This document shows, in pieces, positions 24,754-39,700 of a stretch of 64,000 nt of DNA. Each line of letters starts with the position of its first letter. Position 1 is the first letter of the stretch. The notes under the pieces were generated by a model. The model was not told the DNA's origin, ran no database searches, and saw nothing but the letters and a program-made list of their open reading frames with translations. The translations under genes were made by a program, and so were the position numbers. Source of the stretch: Balanoglossus misakiensis (taxonomy: Eukaryota > Animalia > Hemichordata); assembly GCA_040954595.2 (NCBI GenBank), contig CM082588.2:11545398-11609397 (forward strand). The letters are read 5' to 3'.

Positions 24754-27700
24754 TACACTATATGCGGTACGCCGATGTCAGCTTACCCGGCAGTACTGCA
24801 GGCCGTGCCCCCAACTAACGTCGGTGTTTGAAACGCCCTCGTTAAATTCGGGCTTTCTCTATAAATTGACAGGCAATAATGCAGTCCTACCCGAACAAAT
24901 GTCGAGTGTTGACCCGCTGTGACTTTCCCTCTTCGGTTTGCCCGTCTTAGCCAACGTCTTTGTACTAGAGTGTCGGGTCTTTTGCAGAGCCAGGCCGAAG
25001 GAAATCCGACTTGATCACCGTTGCTAACGAACGCTAGTGTCTGTCATGGTGTGCCGGGGTTTTAGTCGAGCCAGGCCGTAGGAGATCTGACTTAATCACC
25101 GTGGTCAATGTACGCGTGTTTCCGCTCGAAAGTGCCGGGGCTTCAGCTAAACCAGGCCGTAGGAAATCCGACGTAATCACCGTTGATAACTTACTCCAGT
25201 CTATGTCATATAGAGCCGGTGCACCAGCGGAGTCACGCCGTAGGAAATCTGGCTTGATCAACGTGGTCAATGTACGCCTGTTTCTGCTCTAGAGTGCAGG
25301 GGCTTCAGCTGAGCCAGGCCGTAGGAAACCCGACGTGATTACCGTTGTTAACTTACGCCAGTCTGTGTCCTATATATAGCGCCCGGGCATCAGCCGTGCC
25401 AGGCCGAAGGAAATGTGAGTAGATCAACGTGGTCTCTCTACGCGTGTTTCTGCTCTAGAGTGCCAGGGCTTTAGCCAAGCCATGTCGTAGGAAATCTGAA
25501 TTAATCAACGTTGCTAACGAACGCTAGTGTCTGTCATAGTGTGCCGGGGTTTCAGTCGAGGCAAGCCGTAGGAGATCGGACTTGATCAACGTGGTCTCTG
25601 TACGCGTGTTTCTGCTCTAGAGTGCCGGGGCTTTATCCAAGCCATGCCGTAGAAAATCTGACTTGATCACCGTTGCTAACGTACGCTAGTGTCTGTCATA
25701 TTGTGACGGAGATTTAGCCGAGCCAGGCCGTAGAAAAATCGACTTGTTCAACGTTACCAGTGTGCAACTGTTTCTGCTCTAGAGTGTCAGGGTTTTAGCC
25801 GACTTATGCTGTAGGAAATCTGAGTTGATGAACGGGAATTCAATGTTAGAAAACCCGTGTGGAAAGTATCTCTACCCGTTTGAAACTAAGAAAAGAATTT
25901 ATTCTTATTTATTTTGTAAAAAAAGACAATTTTTCGAAAAAAAGTCGAAAATGTTAATTTTGTCTTGGGTGATTCAAATTATACCGCCTTTTCTGGAATT
26001 TGCAGCCCTTTTTACAAGAGAACGGCACTTCATGCTCCATAATATTTCCGAAAATGAAGAAAAGAGTTAATTTTTTATGATTTTTTAAAAATTTACCATT
26101 TTTGTCAAAATATGGCCAAAATGGCTATTTTTTCTTGAATTCCGTCAATATCTCTGCATTTTTGGAGTGGTCGAAAGTTTTAACATACAATCAACATGTC
26201 ATATATGATCAGGGCACCAAATTCGAAGAACAAAGGTTTTTTTATTTTTTTTCTAAAAATGACATTTTTAAGGAAAATTGAGTAAAACGCAATTTTGTCT
26301 GCAGTGAGCCAAATTAGACGGTCTTTTGTGGAATTTGTATCGATATATACATACGAAGAGCATTCTATACTCCATCAGATTTCCGAAAATGTAGAAAACA
26401 GGTATTTTTTGTAATTTTCAAAAATTTACCATTTTGACCAAATTGTGGCTAAAATTGTTATTTTCGTGTTGAATGCCGCCAGTGTCACTGCTTTTAAAAG
26501 TCATAAAAACTTTTAGCATACAAGCAATTGTTTATATATGATCAGGTCACCGAATTAAAAAAATAAAGAATGTTTTGCCTAAAAATGACCTTTTTGGTGC
26601 AAAAACGAATAAAACGCAATTTTGTATTAAATCAGCTCATTCAGAGTGCATTTTTATAATCAGCACCATTTTAACGTATAATGGAAATTTCATACATCAT
26701 CAGATATCCAAATATGAAAAAAATGATTTAGATTTTAGATGATTGTCCAAAATTAGCTGATATCAAATAAATGTAGTATTGAACCGTTCTGTCCCCCCCC
26801 CTACACTATATGCGGTACGCCGATGTCAGCTTACCCGGCAGTACTGCAGGCCGTGCCCCCAACTAACGTCGGTGTTTGAAACGCCCTTGTTAAATTCGGG
26901 CTTTCTCTATACATTGACAGGCAATAATGCAGTCCTACCCGAACAAATGTCCAGTGTTGACCCGCTGTGACTTTCCCTCTTCGGTTTGCCCGTCTTAGCC
27001 AACGTCTTTGTACTAGAGTGTCGGGTCTTTTGCAGAGCCAGGCCGAAGGAAATCCGACTTGATCACCGTTGCTAACGAACGCTAGTGTCTGTCATGGTGT
27101 GCCGGGGTTTTAGTCGAGCCAGGCCGTAGGAGATCTGACTTAATCACCGTGGTCAATGTACGCGTGTTTCCGCTCGAAAGTGCCGGGGCTTCAGCTAAAC
27201 CAGGCCGTAGGAAATCCGACGTAATCACAGTTGATAACTTACTCCAGTCTATGTCATATAGAGCCGGTGCACCAGCGGAGTCACGCCGTAGGAAATCTGG
27301 CTTGATCAACGTGGTCAATGTACGCCTGTTTCTGCTCTAGAGTGTCGGGGCTTCAGCTGAGCCAGGCCGTAGGAAACCCGACGTGATTACCGTTGTTAAC
27401 TTACGCCAGTCTGTGTCCTATATATAGTGCCGGGGCATCAGCCGTGCCAGGCCGAAGAAAATGTGAGTAGATCAACGTGGTCTCTGTACGCGTGTTTCTG
27501 CTCTAGAGTGCCAGGGCTTTAGCCAAGGCATGCCGTAGGAAATCTCACTTGATCAACGTTGCTAACGAACGCTAGTGTCTGTCATAGTGTGCCGGGGTTT
27601 TAGTCGAGCCAAGCCGTAGGAGATCAGACTTGATCAACGTGGTCTCTGTACGCGTGTTTCTGCTCTAGAGTGCCGGGGCTTTATCCAAGCCATGCCGTAG

Positions 27701-30700
27701 AAAATCTGACTTGATCACCGTTGCTAACGTACGCTAGTGTCTGTCATATTGTGTCGGAGATTTAGCCGAGCCAGGCCGTAGAAAAATCGACTTGTTCAAA
27801 GTTACCAGTGTGCAACTGTTTCTGCTCTAGAGTGTCAGGGTTTTAGCCGACTTATGCTGTAGGAAATCTGAGTTGATGAACGGGAATTCAATGTTAGAAA
27901 ACCCGTGTGGAAAGTATCTCTACCCGTTTGAAACTAAGAAAAGAATTCATTCTTATTTATTTTGTAAAAAAGACAATTTTTCGAAAAAAAGCCGAAAATG
28001 GTAATTTTGTCTTGGGTGATTCAAATTATACCGCCTTTTCTGGAATTTGCAGCACTTTTTACAAGAGAACGACACTTCATGCTCCATAATATTTCCGAAA
28101 ATGAAGAAAAGAGTTAATTTTTTATGATTTTTTAAAAATTTACCATTTTTGTCAAAATATGGCCAAAATGGCTATTTTTTCTTGAATTCCGTCAATATCT
28201 CTGCATTTTTGGAGTGGTCAAAAGTTTTAACATACAATCAACATGTCATATATGATCAGGGCACCAAATTCGAAGAACAAAGGTTTTTTATTTGTTTTTC
28301 TAAAAATGACATTTTCAAGGAAAATTTGGTAAAAAAGCAATTTTCTCTGCAGTGAGCCAAATTAGACGGTCTTTTGTGGAATTTGTATCGATATATACAT
28401 ACGAAGAGCATTCTATACTCCATCAGATTTCCGAAAATGTAGAAAACAGGTATTTTTTGTAATTTTCAAAAATTTACCATTTTGACCAAATTGTGGCTAA
28501 AATTGTTATTTTCGTGTTGAATGCCGCCAGTGTCACTGTCTTTAAAAGTCATAAAAACTTTTAACATACAAGCAATTGTTTATATATGATCAGGTCACAG
28601 AATTAAAAATATAAAGAATGTTTTGCCTAAAAATGACCTTTTTGGTGCAAAAACGAATAAAACACAATTTTGTATTAAATCAGCTCATTCAGAGTGCATT
28701 TTTTATAATCAGCACCATTTTTACATATAATGGAAATTTCATACATCATCAGATATCCAAATATGAAAAAATGATTTAGATTTTAGATGATTGTCCAAAA
28801 TTAGCTGATATCTAATAAATGTAGTATTGAACCGTTCTGTTTCCCCCCCCCCCCCCCCTACATTACATGCGGTACGCCGATGTCAGCTTACCCGGCAGTA
28901 CTGCAGGCCGTGCCCCCAACTAACGTCGGTGTTTGAAACGCCCTGGTTAAATTCGGGCTCTCTCTATAAATTGACAGGCAATAATGCAGTCCTACCGGAA
29001 CAAATGTCGAGTGTTGACCCGCTGTGACTTTCCCTCTTCGGTTTGCCCGACTTGCCAACGTCTTTGTACTAGAGTGTCGGGTCTTTTGCAGAGCCAGGCC
29101 GAAGGAAATCCGACTTGATCACCGTTGCTAACGAACGCTAGTGTCTGTCATGGTGTGCCGGGGTTTTAGTCGAGCCAGGCCGTAGGAGATCTGACTTGAT
29201 CATCGTGGTCAATGTACGCGTGTTTCCGCTCTAAAGTGCCGGGGCTTCAGCTAAACCAGGCCGTAGAAAATCCGACGTAATCACCGTTGATAACTTACGC
29301 CAGTCTGTGTCATATAGAGCCGGTGCACCAGCCGAGTCACGCCGTAGGAAATCTGACTTGATCAACGTGGTCAATGTACGCCTGTTTCTGCTCTAGAGTG
29401 CAGGGGCTTCAGCTGAGCCAGGCCGTAGGAAACCCGACGTGATTACCGTTGTTAACTTACGCCAGTCTGTGTCCTATATATAGCGCCCGGGCATCAGCCG
29501 TGCCAGGCCGAAGGAAATGTGAGTAGATCAACGTGGTCTCTCTACGCGTGTTTCTGCTCTAGAGTGCCAGGGCTTTAGCCAAGCCATGTCGTAGGAAATC
29601 TGAATTAATCAACGTTGCTAACGAACGCTAGTGTCTGTCATAGTGTGCCGGGGTTTCAGTCGAGCCAAGCCGTAGGAGATCGGACTTGATCAACGTGGTC
29701 TCTGTACGCGTGTTTCTGCTCTAGAGTGCCGGGGCTTTATCCAAGCCATGCCGTAGAAAATCTGACTTGATCACCGTTGCTAACGTACGCTAGTGTCTGT
29801 CATATTGTGACGGAGATTTAGCCGAGCCAGGCCGTAGAAAAATCGACTTGTTCAACGTTACCAGTGTGCAACTGTTTCTGCTCTAGAGTGTCAGGGTTTT
29901 AGCCGACTTATGCTGTAGGAAATCTGAGTTGATGAACGGGAATTCAATGTTAGAAAACCCGTGTGGAAAGTATCTCTACCCGTTTGAAACTAAGAAAAGA
30001 ATTTATTCTTATTTATTTTGTAAAAAAAGACAATTTTTCGAAAAAAAGTCGAAAATGGTAATTTTGTCTTGGGTGATTCAAATTATACCGCCTTTTCTGG
30101 AATTTGCAGCCCTTTTTACAAGAGAACGGCACTTCATGCTCCATAATATTTCCGAAAATGAAGAAAAGAGTTAATTTTTTATGATTTTTTAAAAATTTAC
30201 CATTTTTGTCAAAATATGGCCAAAATGGCTATTTTTTCTTGAATTCCGTCAATATCTCTGCATTTTTGGAGTGGTCGAAAGTTTTAACATACAATCAACA
30301 TGTCATATATGATCAGGGCACCAAATTCGAAGAACAAAGGTTTTTTTATTTTTTTTCTAAAAATGACATTTTTAAGGAAAATTGAGTAAAACGCAATTTT
30401 GTCTGCAGTGAGCCAAATTAGACGGTCTTTTGTGGAATTTGTATCGATATATACATACGAAGAGCATTCTATACTCCATCAGATTTCCGAAAATGTAGAA
30501 AACAGGTATTTTTTGTAATTTTCAAAAATTTACCATTTTGACCAAATTGTGGCTAAAATTGTTATTTTCGTGTTGAATGCCGCCAGTGTCACTGCTTTTA
30601 AAAGTCATAAAAACTTTTAGCATACAAGCAATTGTTTATATATGATCAGGTCACCGAATTAAAAAAATAAAGAATGTTTTGCCTAAAAATGACCTTTTTG

Positions 30701-33700
30701 GTGCAAAAACGAATAAAACGCAATTTTGTATTAAATCAGCTCATTCAGAGTGCATTTTTATAATCAGCACCATTTTAACGTATAATGGAAATTTCATACA
30801 TCATCAGATATCCAAATATGAAAAAAATGATTTAGATTTTAGATGATTGTCCAAAATTAGCTGATATCAAATAAATGTAGTATTGAACCGTTCTGTCCGC
30901 CCCCCCCCCCCCTACACTATATGCGGTACGCCGATGTCAGCTTACCCGGCAGTACTGCAGGCCGTGCCCCCAACTAACGTCGGTGTTTGAAACGCCCTTG
31001 TTAAATTCGGGCTTTCTCTATAAATTGACAAGCAATAATGCAGTCCTACCCGAACAAATGTCCAGTGTTGACCCGCTGTGACTTTCCCTCTTCGGTTTGC
31101 CCGTCTTAGCCAACGTCTTTGTACTAGAGTGTCGGGTCTTTTGCAGAGCCAGGCCGAAGGAAATCCGACTTGATCACCGTTGCTAACGAACGCTAGTGTC
31201 TGTCATGGTGTGCCGGGGTTTTAGTCGAGCCAGGCCGTAGGAGATCTGACTTAATCACCGTGGTCAATGTACGCGTGTTTCCGCTCGAAAGTGCCGGGGC
31301 TTCAGCTAAACCAGGCCGTAGGAAATCCGACGTAATCACCGTTGATAACTTACTCCAGTCTATGTCATATAGAGCCGGTGCACCAGCGGAGTCACGCCGT
31401 AGGAAATCTGGCTTGATCAACGTGGTCAATGTACGCCTGTTTCTGCTCTAGAGTGTCGGGGCTTCAGCTGAGCCAGGCCGTAGGAAACCCGACGTGATTA
31501 CCGTTGTTAACTTACGCCAGTCTGTGTCCTATATATAGTGCCGGGGCATCAGCCGTGCCAGGCCGAAGAAAATGTGAGTAGATCAACGTGGTCTCTGTAC
31601 GCGTGTTTCTGCTCTAGAGTGCCAGGGCTTTAGCCAAGGCATGCCGTAGGAAATCTCACTTGATCAACGTTGCTAACGAACGCTAGTGTCTGTCATAGTG
31701 TGCCGGGGTTTTAGTCGAGCCAAGCCGTAGGAGATCAGACTTGATCAACGTGGTCTCTGTACGCGTGTTTCTGCTCTAGAGTGCCGGGGCTTTATCCAAG
31801 CCATGCCGTAGAAAATCTGACTTGATCACCGTTGCTAACGTACGCTAGTGTCTGTCATATTGTGTCGGAGATTTAGCCGAGCCAGGCCGTAGAAAAATCG
31901 ACTTGTTCAAAGTTACCAGTGTGCAACTGTTTCTGCTCTAGAGTGTCAGGGTTTTAGCCGACTTATGCTGTAGGAAATCTGAGTTGATGAACGGGAATTC
32001 AATGTTAGAAAACCCGTGTGGAAAGTATCTCTACCCGTTTGAAACTAAGAAAAGAATTCATTCTTATTTATTTTGTAAAAAAGACAATTTTTCGAAAAAA
32101 AGCCGAAAATGGTAATTTTGTCTTGGGTGATTCAAATTATACCGCCTTTTCTGGAATTTGCAGCACTTTTTACAAGAGAACGACACTTCATGCTCCATAA
32201 TATTTCCGAAAATGAAGAAAAGAGTAAATTTTTTATGATTTTTTAAAAATTTACCATTTTTGTCAAAATATGGCCAAAATGGCTATTTTTTCTTGAATTC
32301 CGTCAATATCTCTGCATTTTTGGAGTGGTCAAAAGTTTTAACATACAATCAACATGTCATATATGATCAGGGCACCAAATTCGAAGAACAAAGGTTTTTT
32401 ATTTGTTTTTCTAAAAATGACATTTTCAAGGAAAATTTGGTAAAACGCAATTTTCTCTGCAGTGAGCCAAATTAGACGGTCTTTTGTGGAATTTGTATCG
32501 ATATATACATACGAAGAGCATTCTATACTCCATCAGATTTCCGAAAATGTAGAAAACAGGTATTTTTTGTAATTTTCAAAAATTTACCATTTTGACCAAA
32601 TTGTGGCTAAAATTGTTATTTTCGTGTTGAATGCCGCCAGTGTCACTGTCTTTAAAAGTCATAAAAACTTTTAACATACAAGCAATTGTTTATATATGAT
32701 CAGGTCACAGAATTAAAAATATAAAGAATGTTTTGCCTAAAAATGACCTTTTTGGTGCAAAAACGAATAAAACACAATTTTGTATTAAATCAGCTCATTC
32801 AGAGTGCATTTTTTATAATCAGCACCATTTTTACATATAATGGAAATTTCATACATCATCAGATATCCAAATATGAAAAAATGATTTAGATTTTAGATGA
32901 TTGTCCAAAATTAGCTGATATCTAATAAATGTAGTATTGAACCGTTCTGTTTCCCCCCCCCCCCCCTACATTACATGCGGTACGCCGACGTCAGCTTACC
33001 CGGCAGTACTGCAGGCCGTGCCCCCAACTAACGTCGGTGTTTGAAACGCCCTGGTTAAATTCGGGCTCTCTCTATAAATTGACAGGCAATAATGCAGTCC
33101 TACCGGAACAAATGTCGAGTGTTGACCCGCTGTGACTTTCCCTCTTCGGTTTGCCCGACTTGCCAACGTCTTTGTACTAGAGTGTCGGGTCTTTTGCAGA
33201 GCCAGGCCGAAGGAAATCCGACTTGATCACCGTTGCTAACGAACGCTAGTGTCTGTCATGGTGTGCCGGGGTTTTAGTCGAGCCAGGCCGTAGGAGATCT
33301 GACTTGATCATCGTGGTCAATGTACGCGTGTTTCCGCTCTAAAGTGCCGGGGCTTCAGCTAAACCAGGCCGTAGGAAATCCGACGTAATCACCGTTGATA
33401 ACTTACGCCAGTCTGTGTCATATAGAGCCGGTGCACCAGCCGAGTCACGCCGTAGGAAATCTGACTTGATCAACGTGGTCAATGTACGCCTGTTTCTGCT
33501 CTAGAGTGCAGGGGCTTCAGCTGAGCCAGGCCGTAGGAAACCCGACGTGATTACCGTTGTTAACTTACGCCAGTCTGTGTCCTATATATAGCGCCCGGGC
33601 ATCAGCCGTGCCAGGCCGAAGGAAATGTGAGTAGATCAACGTGGTCTCTCTACGCGTGTTTCTGCTCTAGAGTGCCAGGGCTTTAGCCAAGCCATACCGT

Positions 33701-36700
33701 AGGAAATATGAATTAATCAACGTTGCTAACGAACGCTAGTGTCTGTCATAGTGTGCCGGGGTTTCAGTCGAGCCAAGCCGTAGGAGATCGGACTTGATCA
33801 ACGTGGTCTCTGTACGCGTGTTTCTGCTCTAGAGTGCCGGGGCTTTATCCAAGCCATGCCGTAGAAAATCTGACTTGATCACCGTTGCTAACGTACGCTA
33901 GTGTCTGTCATATTGTGACGGAGATTTAGCCGAGCCAGGCCGTAGAAAAATCGACTTGTTCAACGTTACCAGTGTGCAACTGTTTCTGCTCTAGAGTGTC
34001 AGGGTTTTAGCCGACTTATGCTGTAGGAAATCTGAGTTGATGAACGGGAATTCAATGTTAGAAAACCCGTGTGGAAAGTATCTCTACCCGTTTGAAACTA
34101 AGAAAAGAATTCATTCTTATTTATTTTGTAAAAAAGACAATTTTTCGAAAAAAGCCGAAAATGGTAATTTTGTCTTGGGTGATTCAAATTGTACCGCCTT
34201 TTCTGGAATTTGCAGCACTTTTTACAAGAGAACGACACTTCATGCTCCATAATATTTCCGAAAATGAAGAAAAGAGTTAATTTTTTATGATTTTTTAAAA
34301 ATTTACCATTTTTGTCAAAATATGGCCAAAATGGCTATTTTTTCTTGAATTCCGTCAATATCTCTGCATTTTTGGAGTGGTCAAAAGTTTTAACATACAA
34401 TCAACATGTCATATATGATCAGGGCACCAAATTCGAAGAACAAAGGTTTTTTATTTGTTTTTCTAAAAATGACATTTTCAAGGAAAATTTGGTAAAACGC
34501 AATTTTCTCTGCAGTGAGCCAAATTAGACGGTCTTTTGTGGAATTTGTATCGATATGTACATACGAAGAGCATTCTATACTCCATCAGATTTCCGAAAAT
34601 GTAGAAAACAGGTATTGTTTGTAATTTTCAAAAATTTACCATTTTGACCAAATTGTGGCTAAAATTGTTATTTTCGTGTTGAATGCCGCCAGTGTCACTG
34701 TCTTTAAAAGTCATAAAAACTTTTAACATACAAGCAATTGTTTATATATGATCAGGTCACAGAATTAAAAATATAAAGAATGTTTTGCCTAAAAATGACC
34801 TTTTTGGTGCAAAAACGAATAAAACACAATTTTGTATTAAATCAGCTCATTCAGAGTGCATTTTTTATAATCAGCACCATTTTTACATATAATGGAAATT
34901 TCATACATCATCAGATATCCAAATATGAAAAAATGATTTAGATTTTAGATGATTGTCCAAAATTAGCTGATATCTAATAAATGTAGTATTGAACCGTTCT
35001 GTTTCCCCCCCCCCCTTACATTACATGCGGTACGCCGATGTCAGCTTACCCGGCAGTACTGCAGGCCGTGCCCCCAACTAACGTCGGTGTTTGAAACGCC
35101 CTGGTTAAATTCGGGCTCTCTCTATAAATTGACAGGCAATAATGCAGTCCTACCGGAACAAATGTCGAGTGTTGACCCGCTGTGACTTTCCCTCTTCGGT
35201 TTGCCCGACTTGCCAACGTCTTTGTACTAGAGTGTCGGGTCTTTTGCAGAGCCAGGCCGAAGGAAATCCGACTTGATCACCGTTGCTAACGAACGCTAGT
35301 GTCTGTCATGGTGTGCCGGGGTTTTAGTCGAGCCAGGCCGTAGGAGATCTGACTTGATCATCGTGGTCAATGTACGCGTGTTTCCGCTCTAAAGTGCCGG
35401 GGCTTCAGCTAAACCAGGCCGTAGAAAATCCGACGTAATCACCGTTGATAACTTACGCCAGTCTGTGTCATATAGAGCCGGTGCACCAGCCGAGTCACGC
35501 CGTAGGAAATCTGACTTGATCAACGTGGTCAATGTACGCCTGTTTCTGCTCTAGAGTGCAGGGGCTTCAGCTGAGCCAGGCCGTAGGAAACCCGACGTGA
35601 TTACCGTTGTTAACTTACGCCAGTCTGTGTCCTATATATAGCGCCCGGGCATCAGCCGTGCCAGGCCGAAGAAAATGTGAGTAGATCAACGTGGTCTCTG
35701 TACGCGTATTTCTGCTCTAGAGTGCCAGGGCTTTAGCCAAGGCATGCCGTAGGAAATCTCACTTGATCAACGTTGCTAACGAACGCTAGTGTCTGTCATA
35801 GTGTGCCGGGGTTTCAGTCGAGCCAAGCCGTAGGAGATCAGACTTGATCAACGTGGTCTCTGTACGCGTGTTTCTGCTCTAGAGTGCCGGGGCTTTATCC
35901 AAGCCATGCCGTAGAAAATCTGACTTGATCACCGTTGCTAACGTACGCTAGTGTCTGTCATATTGTGACGGAGATTTAGCCGAGCCAGGCCGTAGAAAAA
36001 TCGACTTGTTCAACGTTACCAGTGTGCAACTGTTTCTGCTCTAGAGTGTCAGGGTTTTAGCCGACTTATGCTGTAGGAAATCTGAGTTGATGAACGGGAA
36101 TTCAATGTTAGAAAACCCGTGTGGAAAGTATCTCTACCCGTTTGAAACTAAGAAAAGAATTTATTCTTATTTATTTTGTAAAAAAAGACAATTTTTCGAA
36201 AAAAAGTCGAAAATGGTAATTTTTTCTTGGGTGATTCAAATTATACCGCCTTTTCTGGAATTTGCAGCCCTTTTTACAAGAGAACGGCACTTCATGCTCC
36301 ATAATATTTCCGAAAATGAAGAAAAGAGTTAATTTTTTATGATTTTTTAAAAATTTACCATTTTTGTCAAAATATGGCCAAAATGGCTATTTTTTCTTGA
36401 ATTCCGTCAATATCTCTGCATTTTTGGAGTGGTCGAAAGTTTTAACATACAATCAACATGTCATATATGATCAGGGCACCAAATTCGAAGAACAAAGGTT
36501 TTTTTTTTTTTTTCTAAAAATGACATTTTTAAGGAAAATTGAGTAAAACGCAATTTTGTCTGCAGTGAGCCAAATTAGACGGTCTTTTGTGGAATTTGTA
36601 TCGATATATACATACGAAGAGCATTCTATACTCCATCAGATTTCCGAAAATGTAGAAAACAGGTATTTTTTGTAATTTTCAAAAATTTACCATTTTGACC

Positions 36701-39700
36701 AAATTGTGGCTAAAATTGTTATTTTCGTGTTGAATGCCGCCAGTGTCACTGCTTTTAAAAGTCATAAAAACTTTTAGCATACAAGCAATTGTTTATATAT
36801 GATCAGGTCACCGAATTAAAAAAATAAAGAATGTTTTGCCTAAAAATGACCTTTTTGGTGCAAAAACGAATAAAACGCAATTTTGTATTAAATCAGCTCA
36901 TTCAGAGTGCATTTTTATAATCAGCACCATTTTTACATATAATGGAAATTTCATACATCATCAGATATCCAAATATGAAAAAATGATTTAGATTTTAGAT
37001 GATTGTCCAAAATTAGCTGATATCAAATAAATGTAGTATTGAACCGTTCTGTCCCCCCCCCCCCTACACTATATGCGGTACGCCGATGTCAGCTTACCCG
37101 GCAGTACTGCAGGCCGTGCCCCCAACTAACGTCGGTGTTTGAAACGCCCTTGTTAAATTCGGGCTTTCTCTATAAATTGACAGGCAATAATGCAGTCCTA
37201 CCCGAACAAATGTCCAGTGTTGACCCGCTGTGACTTTCCCTCTTCGGTTTGCCCGTCTTAGCCAACGTCTTTGTACTAGAGTGTCGGGTCTTTTGCAGAG
37301 CCAGGCCGAAGGAAATCCGACTTGATCACCGTTGCTAACGAACGCTAGTGTCTGTCATGGTGTGCCGGGGTTTTAGTCGAGCCAGGCCGTATGAGATCTG
37401 ACTTAATCACCGTGGTCAATGTACGCGTGTTTCCGCTCGAAAGTGCCAGGGCTTCAGCTAAACCAGGCCGTAGGAAATCCGACGTAATCACCGTTGATAA
37501 CTTACTCCAGTCTATGTCATATAGAGCCGGTGCACCAGCGGAGTCACGCCGTAGGAAATCTGGCTTGATCAACGTGGTCAATGTACGCCTGTTTCTGCTC
37601 TAGAGTGTCGGGGCTTCAGCTGAGCCAGGCCGTAGGAAACCCGACGTGATTACCGTTGTTAACTTACGCCAGTCTGTGTCCTATATATAGTGCCGGGGCA
37701 TCAGCCGTGCCAGGCCGAAGAAAATGTGAGTAGATCAACGTGGTCTCTGTACGCGTGTTTCTGCTCTAGAGTGCCAGGGCTTTAGCCAAGGCATGCCGTA
37801 GGAAATCTCACTTGATCAACGTTGCTAACGAACGCTAGTGTCTGTCATAGTGTGCCGGGGTTTTAGTCGAGCCAAGCCGTAGGAGATCAGACTTGATCAA
37901 CGTGGTCTCTGTACGCGTGTTTCTGCTCTAGAGTGCCGGGGCTTTATCCAAGCCATGCCGTAGAAAATCTGACTTGATCACCGTTGCTAACGTACGCTAG
38001 TGTCTGTCATATTGTGTCGGAGATTTAGCCGAGCCAGGCCGTAGAAAAATCGACTTGTTCAAAGTTACCAGTGTGCAACTGTTTCTGCTCTAGAGTGTCA
38101 GGGTTTTAGCCGACTTATGCTGTAGGAAATCTGAGTTGATGAACGGGAATTCAATGTTAGAAAACCCGTGTGGAAAGTATCTCTACCCGTTTGAAACTAA
38201 GAAAAGAATTCATTCTTATTTATTTTGTAAAAAAGACAATTTTTCGAAAAAAAGCCGAAAATGGTAATTTTGTCTTGGGTGATTCAAATTATACCGCCTT
38301 TTCTGGAATTTGCAGCACTTTTTACAAGAGAACGACACTTCATGCTCCATAATATTTCCGAAAATGAAGAAAAGAGTTAATTTTTTATGATTTTTTAAAA
38401 ATTTACCATTTTTGTCAAAATATGGCCAAAATGGCTATTTTTTCTTGAATTCCGTCAATATCTCTGCATTTTTGGAGTGGTCAAAAGTTTTAACATACAA
38501 TCAACATGTCATATATGATCAGGGCACCAAATTCGAAGAACAAAGGTTTTTTATTTGTTTTTCTAAAAATGACATTTTCAAGGAAAATTTGGTAAAACGC
38601 AATTTTCTCTGCAGTGAGCCAAATTAGACGGTCTTTTGTGGAATTTGTATCGATATATACATACGAAGAGCATTCTATACTCCATCAGATTTCCGAAAAT
38701 GTAGAAAACAGGTATTTTTTGTAATTTTCAAAAATTTACCATTTTGACCAAATTGTGGCTAAAATTGTTATTTTCGTGTTGAATGCCGCCAGTGTCACTG
38801 TCTTTAAAAGTCATAAAAACTTTTAACATACAAGCAATTGTTTATATATGATCAGGTCACAGAATTAAAAATATAAAGAATGTTTTGCCTAAAAATGACC
38901 TTTTTGGTGCAAAAACGAATAAAACACAATTTTGTATTAAATCAGCTCATTCAGAGTGCATTTTTTATAATCAGCACCATTTTTACATATAATGGAAATT
39001 TCATACATCATCAGATATCCAAATATGAAAAAATGATTTAGATTTTAGATGATTGTCCAAAATTAGCTGATATCTAATAAATGTAGTATTGAACCGTTCT
39101 GTTTCCCCCCCCCCCCCCTACATTACATGCGGTACGCCGATGTCAGCTTACCCGGCAGTACTGCAGGCCGTGCCCCCAACTAACGTCGGTGTTTGAAACG
39201 CCCTGGTTAAATTCGGGCTCTCTCTATAAATTGACAGGCAATAATGCAGTCCTACCGGAACAAATGTCGAGTGTTGACCCGCTGTGACTTTCCCTCTTCG
39301 GTTTGCCCGACTTGCCAACGTCTTTGTACTAGAGTGTCGGGTCTTTTGCAGAGCCAGGCCGAAGGAAATCCGACTTGATCACCGTTGCTAACGAACGCTA
39401 GTGTCTGTCATGGTGTGCCGGGGTTTTAGTCGAGCCAGGCCGTAGGAGATCTGACTTGATCATCGTGGTCAATGTACGCGTGTTTCCGCTCTAAAGTGCC
39501 GGGGCTTCAGCTAAACCAGGCCGTAGGAAATCCGACGTAATCACCGTTGATAACTTACGCCAGTCTGTGTCATATAGAGCCGGTGCACCAGCCGAGTCAC
39601 GCCGTAGGAAATCTGACTTGATCAACGTGGTCAATGTACGCCTGTTTCTGCTCTAGAGTGCAGGGGCTTCAGCTGAGCCAGGCCGTAGGAAACCCGACGT